Source of the DNA: Polyangia bacterium
Lineage (GTDB): Bacteria; Myxococcota_A; Polyangia; JAAYKL01
DNA length: 64,000 nt
Direction: 5' to 3'
Assembly (NCBI GenBank): GCA_050287845.1
Contig: JBNKCR010000013.1
Span: 32,001 to 96,000 of the forward strand
Position 1 is the stretch's first letter. Each line of letters starts with the position of its first letter. The notes under the pieces were generated by a model. That model made no database searches. It was given only the letters and a program-made list of their open reading frames with translations, and was not told the origin of the DNA. Made by a program: the position numbers and the translations under genes. Shown here piece after piece: positions 1-10,648 of this stretch.

Positions 1-1653
1 CTTCTTGATTGTGTTGGAATCTGAATTCTTGAGCACCAGTGCCCGGATGTCATCGGTTATCATCAGCATTTCATAGAGCCCCGTTCTACCGCGATATCCG
101 AGCCCCAGACATTCATCACACCCCACCGCCTGATACAACATCACCCGATCGGGATGGATTGGTTGCAGTGGGGAAAGACGCTTCGCCGCTTCCTTGTAAA
201 CACCTGTAGAGGGATGATCAAATCCAGCATACGGATTGTCCGGATCGACACCGAGCTCAATCAGTTGGTCCCGGGTGGGTTCATAGAGTTCCTTGCAATG
301 GGGACACAATACGCGCACCAGACGCTGGGCCTGAATTCCAATCATCGACGATGCCACCAGAAATGGTTCAATATCCATTTCCACAAGACGTGTCAGCGCG
401 CCTGCCGCATCATTGGTGTGTATAGTGGATAGAACCAGATGGCCAGTGAGAGACGACTGCACGGCAATTTCGGCGGTTTCCCGGTCACGAATTTCCCCCA
501 CCATGATCACGTCGGGGTCCTGTCGTAAAAACGCTCGCAACCCACTGGCGAAAGTCAAATCAATTTTGGGATTGACGTGAACCTGACCAATCCCTTCGAT
601 GTCATATTCCACCGGGTCTTCAACCGTCAGAATATTTTTATCGGGTGTGTTAATCTGGGAAAGACCGGCATAGAGTGTTGTTGTTTTACCGGAACCGGTT
701 GGCCCGGTCACCAGAATGATGCCATGGGGTCTTCGAATCAGACTGTGAAACAAGGTGTAGTGATCTTTCCAGAAACCCAGGTCAGTGATGTCGTGCAGAA
801 CAGCCTGCTTGTCGAGCAAACGCATCACCACTCGCTCCCCCTGGCTGGTGGGCACGGTGGATACACGAATATCAATTGGCTTACCGGCGATTTTCAGTGA
901 AATTCGACCATCCTGTGGAAGCCGTTTTTCAGCGATATTCAATTTGGCCAGAATCTTCACCCGCGAAATGATTGACGGCAAAAACGCTTTCTTCACATTC
1001 TTGGCGTTCTGCAACACACCATCCACCCGGTACCGCACGCCCACTTCCTTTTCGAGGGGCTCAATATGAATATCACTGGCTCTGCGCCGCACTGCCTCAA
1101 AGAACAGATTGTTCACCCAGCGGATGATTGGCGCTTCATCTTCTGCATCAATGAGGTCGGTCAGTTCCTCTTCTTCAGCTGCGCCGGTCCCGCCCAGATC
1201 TTCGTCTTTGCCCGAACGCTCATATACCGAGTTGATGGCTTCGACGATGACCTCTCCCGGGGCAACAACAGATTCCACCGGTCGTCCGAGAATCGCCTGA
1301 ACCGCATCAAGCGCGCCAAGATCGAAGGGATCGGCGCATGCAACACGAACTCCGGTGACCGTTTCCTGCAGCGGCAGTACCCGATTGTTTTTGGCAAACA
1401 CAATCGGAAGGTCCTCAATCAGGTGAGGAGCCACCTCGTCCGGTCGGATGGTCTCCAGGAACGAAAGTCCCATCCGGGCAGCAATGGCGCCTCTGGCCTG
1501 AATTTCTGTAACAATCTTTTCTCCAAGCAGATAATCCAGAAGGGAATCACTCTTTGTTGCAATAACAATCAGCGCATCGTTCAGCTGCGAACTGTCCAGG
1601 ACGCCGGCATTCACCAGTATTTCCCCGACAAAATTGTCTCTGGGACTACTCAC
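1..1653 (-). CDS. gspE: Type II secretion ATPase GspE (3' end runs off the window)
   Basis: Not in ORF track. Read manually from a GTG at 1653 overlapping the gspD stop: MSSPRDNFVGEILVNAG..., Walker A ILVTGPTGSGKTTTLY, TVEDPVEY, LRQDPDVIMVGEIRD, LTGHLV.STIHTN, GYRGRTGLYE. Confidence 0.95.
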   Translation of the reverse strand, partial: MSSPRDNFVGEILVNAGVLDSSQLNDALIVIATKSDSLLDYLLGEKIVTEIQARGAIAARMGLSFLETIRPDEVAPHLIEDLPIVFAKNNRVLPLQETVTGVRVACADPFDLGALDAVQAILGRPVESVVAPGEVIVEAINSVYERSGKDEDLGGTGAAEEEELTDLIDAEDEAPIIRWVNNLFFEAVRRRASDIHIEPLEKEVGVRYRVDGVLQNAKNVKKAFLPSIISRVKILAKLNIAEKRLPQDGRISLKIAGKPIDIRVSTVPTSQGERVVMRLLDKQAVLHDITDLGFWKDHYTLFHSLIRRPHGIILVTGPTGSGKTTTLYAGLSQINTPDKNILTVEDPVEYDIEGIGQVHVNPKIDLTFASGLRAFLRQDPDVIMVGEIRDRETAEIAVQSSLTGHLVLSTIHTNDAAGALTRLVEMDIEPFLVASSMIGIQAQRLVRVLCPHCKELYEPTRDQLIELGVDPDNPYAGFDHPSTGVYKEAAKRLSPLQPIHPDRVMLYQAVGCDECLGLGYRGRTGLYEMLMITDDIRALVLKNSDSNTIKK

Positions 1654-4285
1654 CGTCTCCTCCTGCATTGGTAATCACCACAGGCTCCTCTCCGGCAACA
1701 CCACCAAGAGGTTGGGCTTCCACCGAGGATTTGCCTCCTGAAACCTTCACGTTTCCGGTGTCATCGAACTCCATCTCCACTTCCCCGGATTCCATTGCAG
1801 CGTCCTCAGAGTCCGGATTCACTTTTTCCAGTCTGAGGGGCGGTTTGGGTTCGTGCTCATCTACGACTTTATTTTCCGATTCCTGTCGGAGACGCAAATC
1901 TTCCTGGGCCTGACCGATGACCTCATCGATTACCGAAAGCGCACCCTTGGTGCGGGACCAATCCAGATGGGGATCATACCGCCGATATTCAAACGCCGTA
2001 TACCGCTCGATGAACTCGCGCCGCTCGGCCATCTTCCGCTGAAAGATTTCCCGGAAATCAGCAGGGGTTCGGATGATGTAGGGAGTCAGAAAAATCAACA
2101 GATTCCGCTTTTTCGTCTTACTGATTTTATTTCGGAATAACATTCCCAGCAGCGGAATATCTCCGAGGACCGGCACTTTCGTGGTGGTTTCCACTTCGTT
2201 ATCTGTGATCAATCCACCCAATACAAAGGTTTGCTGGTCAGATACCACAGACGTGGTTTTTGCATTCTGCTTCGAGATGGTTGGCCCGGATTTGGGATCG
2301 ATGGCTTTCACCTCGCTGATTTCCAGGTCCACCTCAAGACGCACCTGATTGTCATCGTTGATATGGGGAGTAATTGCCAATGTGATCCCCACATCCTGAC
2401 GACTGTATGAGCTGGTGAGACTGCTCAACGAGCCGGAGTTCAACAGGTTGGCTGCAGTTGAATTTGTCGAGCCACCACTACCCAGCAATCCGAGCATGGC
2501 GGCTCCCGTATTCACTCCCTGAAGCACCGGAACGTTCTCTCCGACCGTAATGGAGGCTTCGGCGTTATCCGTTGCAAGAATGTGCGGTGTTGACAACACG
2601 TTCACATCTGAATTCTGCTGCAATGCATGGAGCGCCACCCCGAATGCCGGTATCGAAATCCCCACCATCTCTTTCGAGCCGGGAATATCCGGTCCCCGTA
2701 CCCCCGCTGCCAGTCCCGTCAGCGATGACACATCAAAGCCAAGACTCGTGGGCCCCCCGGGGGGCTGGCTCACACCATACAGCAACGATTCATTGTCGCC
2801 GTCGCCAACCATCCCGCCACCGTGAACCCCCAGACCGACACTCCGATCTTTTTCGAGACTCACCTCCATGATAACTGCTTCAACAAATACCTGCCGCTGC
2901 ATGGAGTCCAATTCATCAATCACCGCTTTGAGGCTCATGTAATCCCGCAGCGATGATACCACCACCAGCGAATTCGTGGCCTTATCTGCTGAAATGTTCA
3001 GATCACCTTCGAATAATTCGGTCTGAGTTGCCGCTTTCTTCTTCCCACCAGCCTTGGTCGCGGCCTTGGCGAGGCTGTTGAGGGTTTTTGCCAGTTCTTC
3101 TGCATTGGCATGCTGCAATCGAATTACATGCAACGTGCCTTCTCCGGCTACCGGCACATCCAATACCTTCACAAGCTCCAGGATGCGCAGATAGCCTTCT
3201 TCTGAAGCAACAATAATCAATGAATTGGTTCGTTCATCGGCAATCACCTTCGAATAGTTGACAGCACCCGCCCCCGCGCCGTCTCCCATGGCCACGTCGG
3301 GCGTCACATTGCCTGCCTTTCCCTTTGCGGCCCTCTTCGGCGCCGCTTTTTTCCCACCAGTACTCCCCACGTCAAAAATTTCCTGTATCCTCGCCGCAAT
3401 TTCATCGGCAGACGCATAATTCACAGGTTCAATCCAAATCTGTTCCCGGGTCCCTGCCACATCGAGCAGACTGATGAGGCGAACCAGTCTCCGGATGGAT
3501 GTACCGTAATCAGTAATAATCAGGGTGTTCGTTGGAGAGTAGACTGTAATGTCACCTTCCGGAGACTTGAATTTGGTCAACAATCCGGACATTTCCTCTG
3601 CAGACACGTACACCAGCGGCTGGAGCCGGGTGATTATCTGGTCCCGATTTGGGGTATTCCTGAGAATGGGTGTATTCTGTGCAATGGCATTTTTATTGGG
3701 GACAATTTTGAGATATCGTCCGGAAGGCATCACCGTCAGGTTGTTGACCTGAAGAACACTCAGAAATGTCTGATACGCTTCCTGGGCAGTTATTTTAGTC
3801 GGCGCATAAATGGTTGCCTTTATTTTGGGAACCGTGCCTCCGATAATAAAGCTCTTGCCGGTGATGTTGCCGATAATTTTTATCAGCTCTATCAAATCCG
3901 CATCCACCAGGTTGAACGCAAACCGCGCCCCTGCCTTCGGTTTGCGATATTCGATGTTCAGGTCCATATTCTGCGCGTCTTTGACACCATCCCACGCGGT
4001 TGGCTCCGCCCCCTCGACTCTCGTCGGAGTCTTTGGTGCCGGCGGCACGGTCGGGGTACGGGGAGGAGGAGGTGCAGCGGGACGCACCGCAGGTTTTACA
4101 ACCGGTTTCCCTGCGACGGGCGCTCTCTGGGCGGCGGCGGATACCTTCCTCCGATTCAATTGCGGCGATGCGCCTGATTCCGGGGAATACCCGGCCACCA
4201 TCAGGCACGCCAACAGTCCCAGAGCTACACCTACATAATTCGCATTCAGTTTTATCACCCGATTCTCATTCCAGCTTCTACCCAT
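1646..4285 (-). CDS. gspD: Type II secretion secretin GspD
   Basis: N-domain repeats (IADERTNSLII, SADKATNSLVV), RQVFVEAVIMEV, NVLSTPHILATDNAEASITVG, KVPVLGDIPLLGMLFR. Start moved to ATG 4285 (GGAG upstream); ORF track begins at 4318. Confidence 0.95.
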   Translation of the reverse strand: MGRSWNENRVIKLNANYVGVALGLLACLMVAGYSPESGASPQLNRRKVSAAAQRAPVAGKPVVKPAVRPAAPPPPRTPTVPPAPKTPTRVEGAEPTAWDGVKDAQNMDLNIEYRKPKAGARFAFNLVDADLIELIKIIGNITGKSFIIGGTVPKIKATIYAPTKITAQEAYQTFLSVLQVNNLTVMPSGRYLKIVPNKNAIAQNTPILRNTPNRDQIITRLQPLVYVSAEEMSGLLTKFKSPEGDITVYSPTNTLIITDYGTSIRRLVRLISLLDVAGTREQIWIEPVNYASADEIAARIQEIFDVGSTGGKKAAPKRAAKGKAGNVTPDVAMGDGAGAGAVNYSKVIADERTNSLIIVASEEGYLRILELVKVLDVPVAGEGTLHVIRLQHANAEELAKTLNSLAKAATKAGGKKKAATQTELFEGDLNISADKATNSLVVVSSLRDYMSLKAVIDELDSMQRQVFVEAVIMEVSLEKDRSVGLGVHGGGMVGDGDNESLLYGVSQPPGGPTSLGFDVSSLTGLAAGVRGPDIPGSKEMVGISIPAFGVALHALQQNSDVNVLSTPHILATDNAEASITVGENVPVLQGVNTGAAMLGLLGSGGSTNSTAANLLNSGSLSSLTSSYSRQDVGITLAITPHINDDNQVRLEVDLEISEVKAIDPKSGPTISKQNAKTTSVVSDQQTFVLGGLITDNEVETTTKVPVLGDIPLLGMLFRNKISKTKKRNLLIFLTPYIIRTPADFREIFQRKMAERREFIERYTAFEYRRYDPHLDWSRTKGALSVIDEVIGQAQEDLRLRQESENKVVDEHEPKPPLRLEKVNPDSEDAAMESGEVEMEFDDTGNVKVSGGKSSVEAQPLGGVAGEEPVVITNAGGDGE

Positions 4286-4493
4286 TATCAACAACTCCAA
4301 AAATTTTCCCGCGCACACAAAGTGCGGTCAATTTGCCAAATTGTCTTGTCCGACATACAACGTGTCCCCGAAAGCACACGCCGGTATTTCTGTAACCCGG
4401 ATAAATTTCACATTATTCTCGCATTCATGCGAAATCCCTGTTTTATGTCGGTGAACTTGTCATTTATATTCCCAGTCATTCATTTATAGACAT

Positions 4494-4509
4494 AGCGAAT
4501 TCTGTGCCA
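4494..4509 (-). promoter_or_regulatory. Sigma54 (-24/-12) promoter for gspD-gspE
   Basis: Minus strand TGGCACAGAATTCGCT has GG-N10-GC, about 210 bp upstream of gspD. Confidence 0.7.
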
Positions 4510-4519
4510 CCGGCCGGTC

Positions 4520-4630
4520 GATATAAAAACATATGTAAAAATAATAAGTTACCATCACCTCGAATGCGACTCCCTCGCCGTCAGCGACAAATTGTCACAA
4601 AAAAAATCTGCTGTTGTCGTTAATGTCAAA
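4520..4630. promoter_or_regulatory. Possible IHF site and enhancer-binding-protein sites
   Basis: AT-rich AAATAATAAGTTA followed by repeated TGTC(A/G)/CGACA half-sites upstream of the sigma54 motif. Confidence 0.4.
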
Positions 4631-4741
4631 GGCCTCCCACCCGCACGACCAATATTAAAAAACCGTCACGCCCCCATTACGGAACTGTTAAAACTGTGAT
4701 ACAGAAGGCCGACGAATCAGGCGCGCAATGCTAAAAAGCAG

Positions 4742-6103
4742 GTGCATGGCAAACACGGGTATACGATGGGCGTTCAGAACGAAGAATCCAAAAGAGCAGT
4801 CGCAGCTCAACCAGAACCGGAAATGCCCGCGAAAGCGGCCAAAAAAATGGGTAGAGTCGTTTTTATCGATCAGGCAAGAGCATTCGCTCTGACCATGATG
4901 CTCGTTGGTCATAGCCTGCATCATTTTCTGGGAGAACCCTGGAGAAGCAGTCATGCATACAATGAATATCAATTTTTCAGAGGAATCACTTCGGCATTGT
5001 TCCTGATGGTATCCGGCTTCTCGTTCGTTGTGGCATCCTTCAAATACTGGGACGACTACACCAGCATTTCACCGCGACTGATTGCACGGGCCAGGAGGAT
5101 TGGATACATCCTTTTTCTGGCATACCTGCTTCATATGTATGGCGGAACGCTGGCACAGATGTTTTCGTGGTACTCCCCTCAGAAAATCGAATATTTCTTG
5201 CGATTTGATGTACTTCAGAATATCGGTTTCGGCTTGCTCATTCTGCATTCGGCTGCATATCTGATGAAAAAAATAGAACATTTCTGGAAAGTCATGTTGG
5301 CGATGTTCATCGGTGTCATGCTGCTGGCGGCAGTGACGTACAATCCGGCAGTAGACACTGTTCTTCCCATCTGGCTGGCGCCCGCCGTGAACATGTACCA
5401 CCGTTCTCTGTTTCCACTGGTCCCATTCACCGGGTTCATGATCGCCGGTGCCTTTTTTGGGTATTTCTTCTGGAAAGGCAAACAGAAAGGCTCAGACTGG
5501 AAAGCGATGGTGGCCCTGGCAACAACTGGCATTGCGCTGTTGCTCTTCGAATATGTCTTAAGAAACATTATTCCCGGTGGCGTTTTCCCGTTTTCAGTAG
5601 ATATCCCCAGGACGCCGGGGAACACATTTGCCCGCTGCGGATGCGCCATGCTGGTTATCTCCGCTTTTTATTTTATCGAGAAGTTCGTGGTTATCCTTCC
5701 CCGTATGTCCCTGCTGATGAGCAAGGACTCATTGGCTATCTATGTGGTTCACCTGCCAATCATTTATGGCGCGAAACTGGGTGTTCTGCAATCGTACCAG
5801 GGCAAAATGACACCAGTGCAAACATTTTTGTATATCAGTGTGCTGTTTGCCGTGATGCTGCTGCTCGCCTACACCATTAATCTCGTACGCAAAAAGTACC
5901 CTGTTGCTCAGACCAGAATCCGGCGGACCGCCATTCTGGCCTGGTGTCTGATGTTTATTCTCTGGCCCAGGGTAAGTCCGCTCTCCGTTACCATGTCTAT
6001 CGGGGTGGCTGTATTTTTCATGGTGGATGGCCACAGGAAGACGGCCGATAGACTGCGAACGATGCTCAGCGACTACAGGAAGAAGCGCCGGCCAGCATCG
6101 TAG
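4742..6103 (+). CDS. Polytopic membrane acyltransferase-like protein (DUF1624/HGSNAT-like)
   Basis: RVVFIDQARAFALTMMLVGH, ALFLMVSGFS, FDVLQNIG, FPLVPF, SLAIYVVH; many TM segments; start may be ATG 4766. Confidence 0.7.
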   Translation: MHGKHGYTMGVQNEESKRAVAAQPEPEMPAKAAKKMGRVVFIDQARAFALTMMLVGHSLHHFLGEPWRSSHAYNEYQFFRGITSALFLMVSGFSFVVASFKYWDDYTSISPRLIARARRIGYILFLAYLLHMYGGTLAQMFSWYSPQKIEYFLRFDVLQNIGFGLLILHSAAYLMKKIEHFWKVMLAMFIGVMLLAAVTYNPAVDTVLPIWLAPAVNMYHRSLFPLVPFTGFMIAGAFFGYFFWKGKQKGSDWKAMVALATTGIALLLFEYVLRNIIPGGVFPFSVDIPRTPGNTFARCGCAMLVISAFYFIEKFVVILPRMSLLMSKDSLAIYVVHLPIIYGAKLGVLQSYQGKMTPVQTFLYISVLFAVMLLLAYTINLVRKKYPVAQTRIRRTAILAWCLMFILWPRVSPLSVTMSIGVAVFFMVDGHRKTADRLRTMLSDYRKKRRPAS

Positions 6104-6115
6104 AGGGGGCGCGAT

Positions 6116-6643
6116 TCAGTAAGAAATCAGGCTGTGAACCGGGACATCACCGAGCGCGGCCCTGCCTTCAAGGAAGGCGAGTTCAATCACAAAACCAATT
6201 CCAACAACGTCCGCGCCCAGCTTGCGAACCAGATTAATGGTCGCTTTGGCGGTCCCTCCCGTCGCCAGCAAGTCATCAATAATCAGCACTTTATCTCCCT
6301 CGCCCAACGCATCCTCATGAATTTCCAGGGTGTCGGTACCATACTCCAGGGTGAATTCCTCACTGACGGTTGCGGACGGCAGCTTACCCGGTTTTCGTAC
6401 CGGTACAAATCCCACACCCAGTCGCTCCGCGACGGACACACCGAAAATGAATCCCCTGGATTCCATTCCGGCAACCGCGGTAATCCCTTTCCCCTCAAAC
6501 GGTTTGGCCAGGGCATCCAACGTCGCTTTCAGACCGGCCGCATTCTGCAACAGCGGCGTAATATCCTTGAATATGATTCCCGGTTTCGGAAAATCGGGAA
6601 CGTCCCGGATTAATGACTTAATGTTCATTTCACTCATGTTCAC
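6116..6643 (-). CDS. apt: Adenine phosphoribosyltransferase
   Basis: [43 protein letters not shown]. Confidence 0.97.
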   Translation of the reverse strand: MNMSEMNIKSLIRDVPDFPKPGIIFKDITPLLQNAAGLKATLDALAKPFEGKGITAVAGMESRGFIFGVSVAERLGVGFVPVRKPGKLPSATVSEEFTLEYGTDTLEIHEDALGEGDKVLIIDDLLATGGTAKATINLVRKLGADVVGIGFVIELAFLEGRAALGDVPVHSLISY

Positions 6644-7425
6644 TCCTTCTCTGGCAGATATAACGTTGGATCCACCGGTTGCTCATTTACACGAACCTCA
6701 AAATGCAACAGGGATTCCGATGCGGCGCCACTGTTACCGACCTCCGCGATTTTCTCGCCGCGCATGACATGGGCACCTTCTTTCACGAGGTTGATTCTGT
6801 TATGTGCATACACGGTAATAATATTGTTTTCGTGGCGGAGAAGAATCAGATTTCCATATCCCTTGATGGCATCCCCGGAGTACAGCACTTCTCCATTGGC
6901 CGCGGCACTCACATCGGCTCCCGCCGACGCCTTGATGTCAATACCATCAGAATCGCCAGCACTCCCTTTACCCCGCTTTCCAAACCATTGAACCACATTT
7001 CCTTCCACCGGCCATAAAAAACAGGAACGCTCTGCGGCATGGCATTTTCCACCTCTGGCGCCAGCCGTCCCCGATGAACTTGAGCTCGATGCGTTCGGTG
7101 TCACCTGAGACACAGCGGAACCGGGGTGTTCCCCGGTAACCGTCGTTTCAATTGGTCGTTCCTTCACGGGGCGACCGTCCCCCGGCGGTTTTCCCGACCC
7201 GAGTGGAATAAATATCCGATCCCTGCCAACTATCCGTCCCGTGGATGGAATCTGATTCAACTCCGCAATCTCCTCCTTCGACACCCCATACCGCTGAGAA
7301 ATGGATTCAACGGTATCCGTCTGCTGCACCGGATGCCATTTGCCGAGTACCGATAAAGGTGCCACTGTCCCGGCGCAGCACAGCAGGCCAAAGACGGTCA
7401 GGGATAGAATGCTCAACTTCAACAT
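6640..7425 (-). CDS. nlpD: LysM + M23 domain lipoprotein (NlpD-like)
   Basis: Hydrophobic N-terminus with Cys, LysM ([18 protein letters not shown]...LNQI), [30 protein letters not shown]. Confidence 0.8.
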   Translation of the reverse strand: MLKLSILSLTVFGLLCCAGTVAPLSVLGKWHPVQQTDTVESISQRYGVSKEEIAELNQIPSTGRIVGRDRIFIPLGSGKPPGDGRPVKERPIETTVTGEHPGSAVSQVTPNASSSSSSGTAGARGGKCHAAERSCFLWPVEGNVVQWFGKRGKGSAGDSDGIDIKASAGADVSAAANGEVLYSGDAIKGYGNLILLRHENNIITVYAHNRINLVKEGAHVMRGEKIAEVGNSGAASESLLHFEVRVNEQPVDPTLYLPEKE

Positions 7426-7579
7426 GCGGGCGTTATATCATGCATTCGACAGAATCGAAATATTGTTCATCTTCCAGGAAAAGTTCACAGTTCACACAAT
7501 CGGGGAGAGATTCAGGAAAGAAAAATTGCACTGGTTTCATGCAACGTTCAGTTGACTGTTCACCTGACATCGATTCGAT

Positions 7580-8596
7580 TTAATCGTCTTCACGCCTTTT
7601 GCCCAGCGCAATCATGCCAAACGAACCACCGAGCCCCAGAATCAACGCAACGCCACTGACCACGCCTTCTCCGGCAGACTCCGGCATTCTGTTTTTCGCG
7701 GTGGCAATCTGGACGTCCTGTTTCACCTCTCCATGCCGATCTGTAACGGTCGCCCCCTGGGAAACATCCTTGAACGGCCAGAGCACAAAAAGACTTCCCA
7801 GAATCAACCCTATCAGAAATGCCATCGTGGCGGATTTTGCCTTTTTCAACAACAACGCCAGCACTTTTGTAAACGCCCAGAGCCCCACAACCAGGCCGAT
7901 GCCAAAAGAGGCCAGCCAGATGAACGCCCCCAGTTCGAATTTTCCATCCGCCAACGAAGTGAGAAAATCTGTAATTTTTGCAATGAAGTTCTGATATTGC
8001 CCCATTACCAGCAATACGAAGGAACCGCTGATTCCCGGCAGAATCATGGCACTGATGGCCAGAGCGCCTGCACCGGCGGCAACCAACGGGCTATCTGCTC
8101 CCGCTGAATTGTCAGGCATCACAAATGAAATGCCCGCTGTCAGGGCGATGCCCGGAATGATGAGCAGCAGACGCCAGCCTCTCTTTTCCATCATGGCCCA
8201 GGGAACCGCCACTGACGGCACAATCAGCCCCACAAAAAACGCCAGGGTGGGAGCAGTCTGCTGTCCCAGCAAATATTCCATCAGAAACGCCAGGGCTGTG
8301 GCGCTGATGCCCGCCATCACAACAAGTATTGCAAGAAACAATGCGTCAATTCTCTGCAATTCCGTTTTGAAATTGTCCACAGCCTCTTTCCTGAACGTCA
8401 ATAAACCGAGGCAGGATTTCAGAGTCTGCAGCGAAATTGCGTTAATGGCATTCACCATTCTGTCAAAAATACCAAGAATCAGTGCAAACGTTCCGCCGGA
8501 GACTCCCGGAATAATATTGGCAAGACCAATCAATGCACCGTTTACCGCAGTCAGTATTATACTTTTCAATGACATTTCTCTTTTTGATTCAGTCAT
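7580..8596 (-). CDS. DUF368 membrane protein (undecaprenyl-phosphate translocase family)
   Basis: Twin motifs ANIIPGVSGGTFALILGIF and AMILPGISGSFVLLVMGQY. Confidence 0.9.
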   Translation of the reverse strand: MTESKREMSLKSIILTAVNGALIGLANIIPGVSGGTFALILGIFDRMVNAINAISLQTLKSCLGLLTFRKEAVDNFKTELQRIDALFLAILVVMAGISATALAFLMEYLLGQQTAPTLAFFVGLIVPSVAVPWAMMEKRGWRLLLIIPGIALTAGISFVMPDNSAGADSPLVAAGAGALAISAMILPGISGSFVLLVMGQYQNFIAKITDFLTSLADGKFELGAFIWLASFGIGLVVGLWAFTKVLALLLKKAKSATMAFLIGLILGSLFVLWPFKDVSQGATVTDRHGEVKQDVQIATAKNRMPESAGEGVVSGVALILGLGGSFGMIALGKRREDD

Positions 8597-9372
8597 ATGT
8601 TCCCTCTATCTGTCAGGAAGACCAGATGATCCCCTGCCAATATGCCATGTTCAGTCTGATCTATCAGCAACGGTGTCATACTCGCTTTTCCAGCTTTAAT
8701 CAATGCAACATCCGTCCCTGCTTCCGGTAAAACATTCGGAATGGGAGGTCCCCCAATGAGATAGCCATCGCCTTGAGAACTCCGGGTCGGCTGAACCCGT
8801 GGCATATACGGTCTGGCGCCCAGACGGCACAGTTCCGGCCCTCCGAACTCTCCGGGAGGGTAATTCACGTTCAGCAACACGGGGGTTTTCATTGAATCAC
8901 CATTTTCAGACAGCATACTTCGGGTGGCCAGTTGCATCGCAATTCTGGCTACGCTCTTTGCCGCCCGGTAAAAATCCTCACCTTCCACCAGACTCGCAGC
9001 GACACCATGAACCTTCCGAAGCACCGCCTCCCGTGCACCGGCTACGGTGCCCGAATAAATGACGTCCTCGGCCAGGTTGGCGCCTCGGTTAATCCCTGAA
9101 ACCACCACATCCGGCGGATTCTGCGCCATCAAATGCACAATGGCCCAGTACACGCCATCGGCAACAACACCACTGTGGCCATATCGCCTTTCTCCAAATT
9201 GATGCACAGAAACCGGCTTTCCCAATGTCATTGCATGGCTGCAGGCAGAACGCTGGGAGTCCGGCGCCACCGTCCAGAGCTCCACTTCCCGCAACGAACG
9301 GAATGCCTCTTCCAGTGCAGAGAGCCCCGGTGCGCCGATACCGTCATCATTTGTCAGTAAAATCCGAACCAC
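8593..9372 (-). CDS. surE: 5'/3'-nucleotidase SurE
   Basis: ILLTNDDG, VAP..QRSACSH, VVSGINRGAN, YSGTVAGA. Confidence 0.95.
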   Translation of the reverse strand: MVRILLTNDDGIGAPGLSALEEAFRSLREVELWTVAPDSQRSACSHAMTLGKPVSVHQFGERRYGHSGVVADGVYWAIVHLMAQNPPDVVVSGINRGANLAEDVIYSGTVAGAREAVLRKVHGVAASLVEGEDFYRAAKSVARIAMQLATRSMLSENGDSMKTPVLLNVNYPPGEFGGPELCRLGARPYMPRVQPTRSSQGDGYLIGGPPIPNVLPEAGTDVALIKAGKASMTPLLIDQTEHGILAGDHLVFLTDRGNI

Positions 9373-9386
9373 AATTCATTTTCCTT

Positions 9387-9419
9387 AAAAAAAAAGAGGT
9401 ACCTGAAAAGGCCCTCTTT
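9387..9419 (-). terminator. Probable intrinsic terminator after tRNA-Pro
   Basis: Minus strand GAGG-G-CCT-TTTC-AGG-TA-CCTC imperfect stem followed by a T9 run. Confidence 0.5.
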
Positions 9420-9424
9420 CTTCG

Positions 9425-9500
<76 letters not shown>

Positions 9501-9511
9501 AATGAGGTGCC

Positions 9512-9540
9512 TTTCTACCAGACGGCCTTTCTGTACGCAA
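9512..9540 (-). promoter_or_regulatory. Sigma70-type promoter for tRNA-Pro
   Basis: TTGCGT-17-TAGAAA preceded by a T-tract. Confidence 0.6.
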
Positions 9541-9695
9541 GAAAAAAAAATGCATTGAAATGAATCCTGATGCAGAGTCTCAGACCGAATCAAGGTTCAA
9601 CGGTTAAAGCGACCTGAGCAGTGCGGTCCATTAATTCAAGGGAGAATAGTGCCTGCGTCAATGAACAGAGAATTGCATAAATCCAGCGCCAATGT

Positions 9696-10130
9696 TCAGT
9701 CGGATTCAATGCGCTTCAAAAACGCCTGCAATTCGTTTTTAAGTTCTACCAGATGCCGTTCGTATTTGTCTCGCACGGTTCTGCCTGTCCGTGATATTTC
9801 CAGAGACATCTCGTCGATGGTTTGCTGCCGCACGTTTTCAGCAACGGCATCCACGTCGACCGGGGGTAAAGACGCATCCACCCCCTGTTCCTTCATGTAC
9901 TTTTTCGCTCCCTCAATGGTGAACTTGCGATCATAAAGCAAATGTTTGATGGCAATCACCGCTTCAACATCCTTGCGGCGATACAGTCGCTGATTGGTTC
10001 TGGATTTCTGCGGTCTGATAGAGGGGAACTCGGACTCCCAGTATCTCAGGACATGCTGCTTCACGCCAACAATATCACCAACTTCCCCTATCTTGAAATA
10101 CAATTTGTCCGGTAGTTCAACGTGCGCCAA
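9696..10130 (-). CDS. MerR-family HTH regulator (ihfA-associated)
   Basis: PDKLYFKIGEV...HVLRYWESEF...RLYRRKDV...LLY...FTIEGA; conserved position after ihfA. Confidence 0.93.
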   Translation of the reverse strand: MAHVELPDKLYFKIGEVGDIVGVKQHVLRYWESEFPSIRPQKSRTNQRLYRRKDVEAVIAIKHLLYDRKFTIEGAKKYMKEQGVDASLPPVDVDAVAENVRQQTIDEMSLEISRTGRTVRDKYERHLVELKNELQAFLKRIESD

Positions 10131-10162
10131 GACACATGCCTCTCACAACACAGAAATGATAA

Positions 10163-10453
10163 CTAGGATTGTTGTCTGGAGTTGAGGGCGTTTTTCAACA
10201 CCTGACTGGGCTTGAAACTCAGGACATATCGTGGTTCGATCACAATGGGTTGTCCAGTCTGCGGATTCCGGCCCATGCGTTCCTTTTTCTGGCGAACAAC
10301 AAAATTACCAAAGCCGGAGATTTTGATTTTTTTGTTTTCTTTCAAAGAGTATTTCATTACCTCAAATACTGCTTCAACGAGCTCAGATGCTTCCTTTTTG
10401 GAAAAGCCCCCAACTTTTTCATAAACACGTTCAATTATATCCGCTTTGGTCAT
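10163..10453 (-). CDS. ihfA: Integration host factor alpha
   Basis: MTKADI..., KISGFGNF, RMGRNPQTG, FKPSQVLK; follows pheT; start reassigned to ATG 10453. Confidence 0.93.
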   Translation of the reverse strand: MTKADIIERVYEKVGGFSKKEASELVEAVFEVMKYSLKENKKIKISGFGNFVVRQKKERMGRNPQTGQPIVIEPRYVLSFKPSQVLKNALNSRQQS

Positions 10454-10648
10454 CCGTGGAACTCCTTTGGCCTTCGACCTCAATTTCAATCTGTGCGTAT
10501 CGTTTATTTAAGCACATGAAGCAAACGCGTTCAAGCCCCGTAACCTTTTAAAAATAATAGTTTATTCCTTTTTCCACCAGTTTTTTTTCAAAATTTATAA
10601 ATAAAGCTTGGAAATTAAAGAAATATTAAAATCTAACCAGAAAAATGC

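Noticed and set aside
154..1674. Several plus-strand ORFs
   Set aside because: Antisense to gspE
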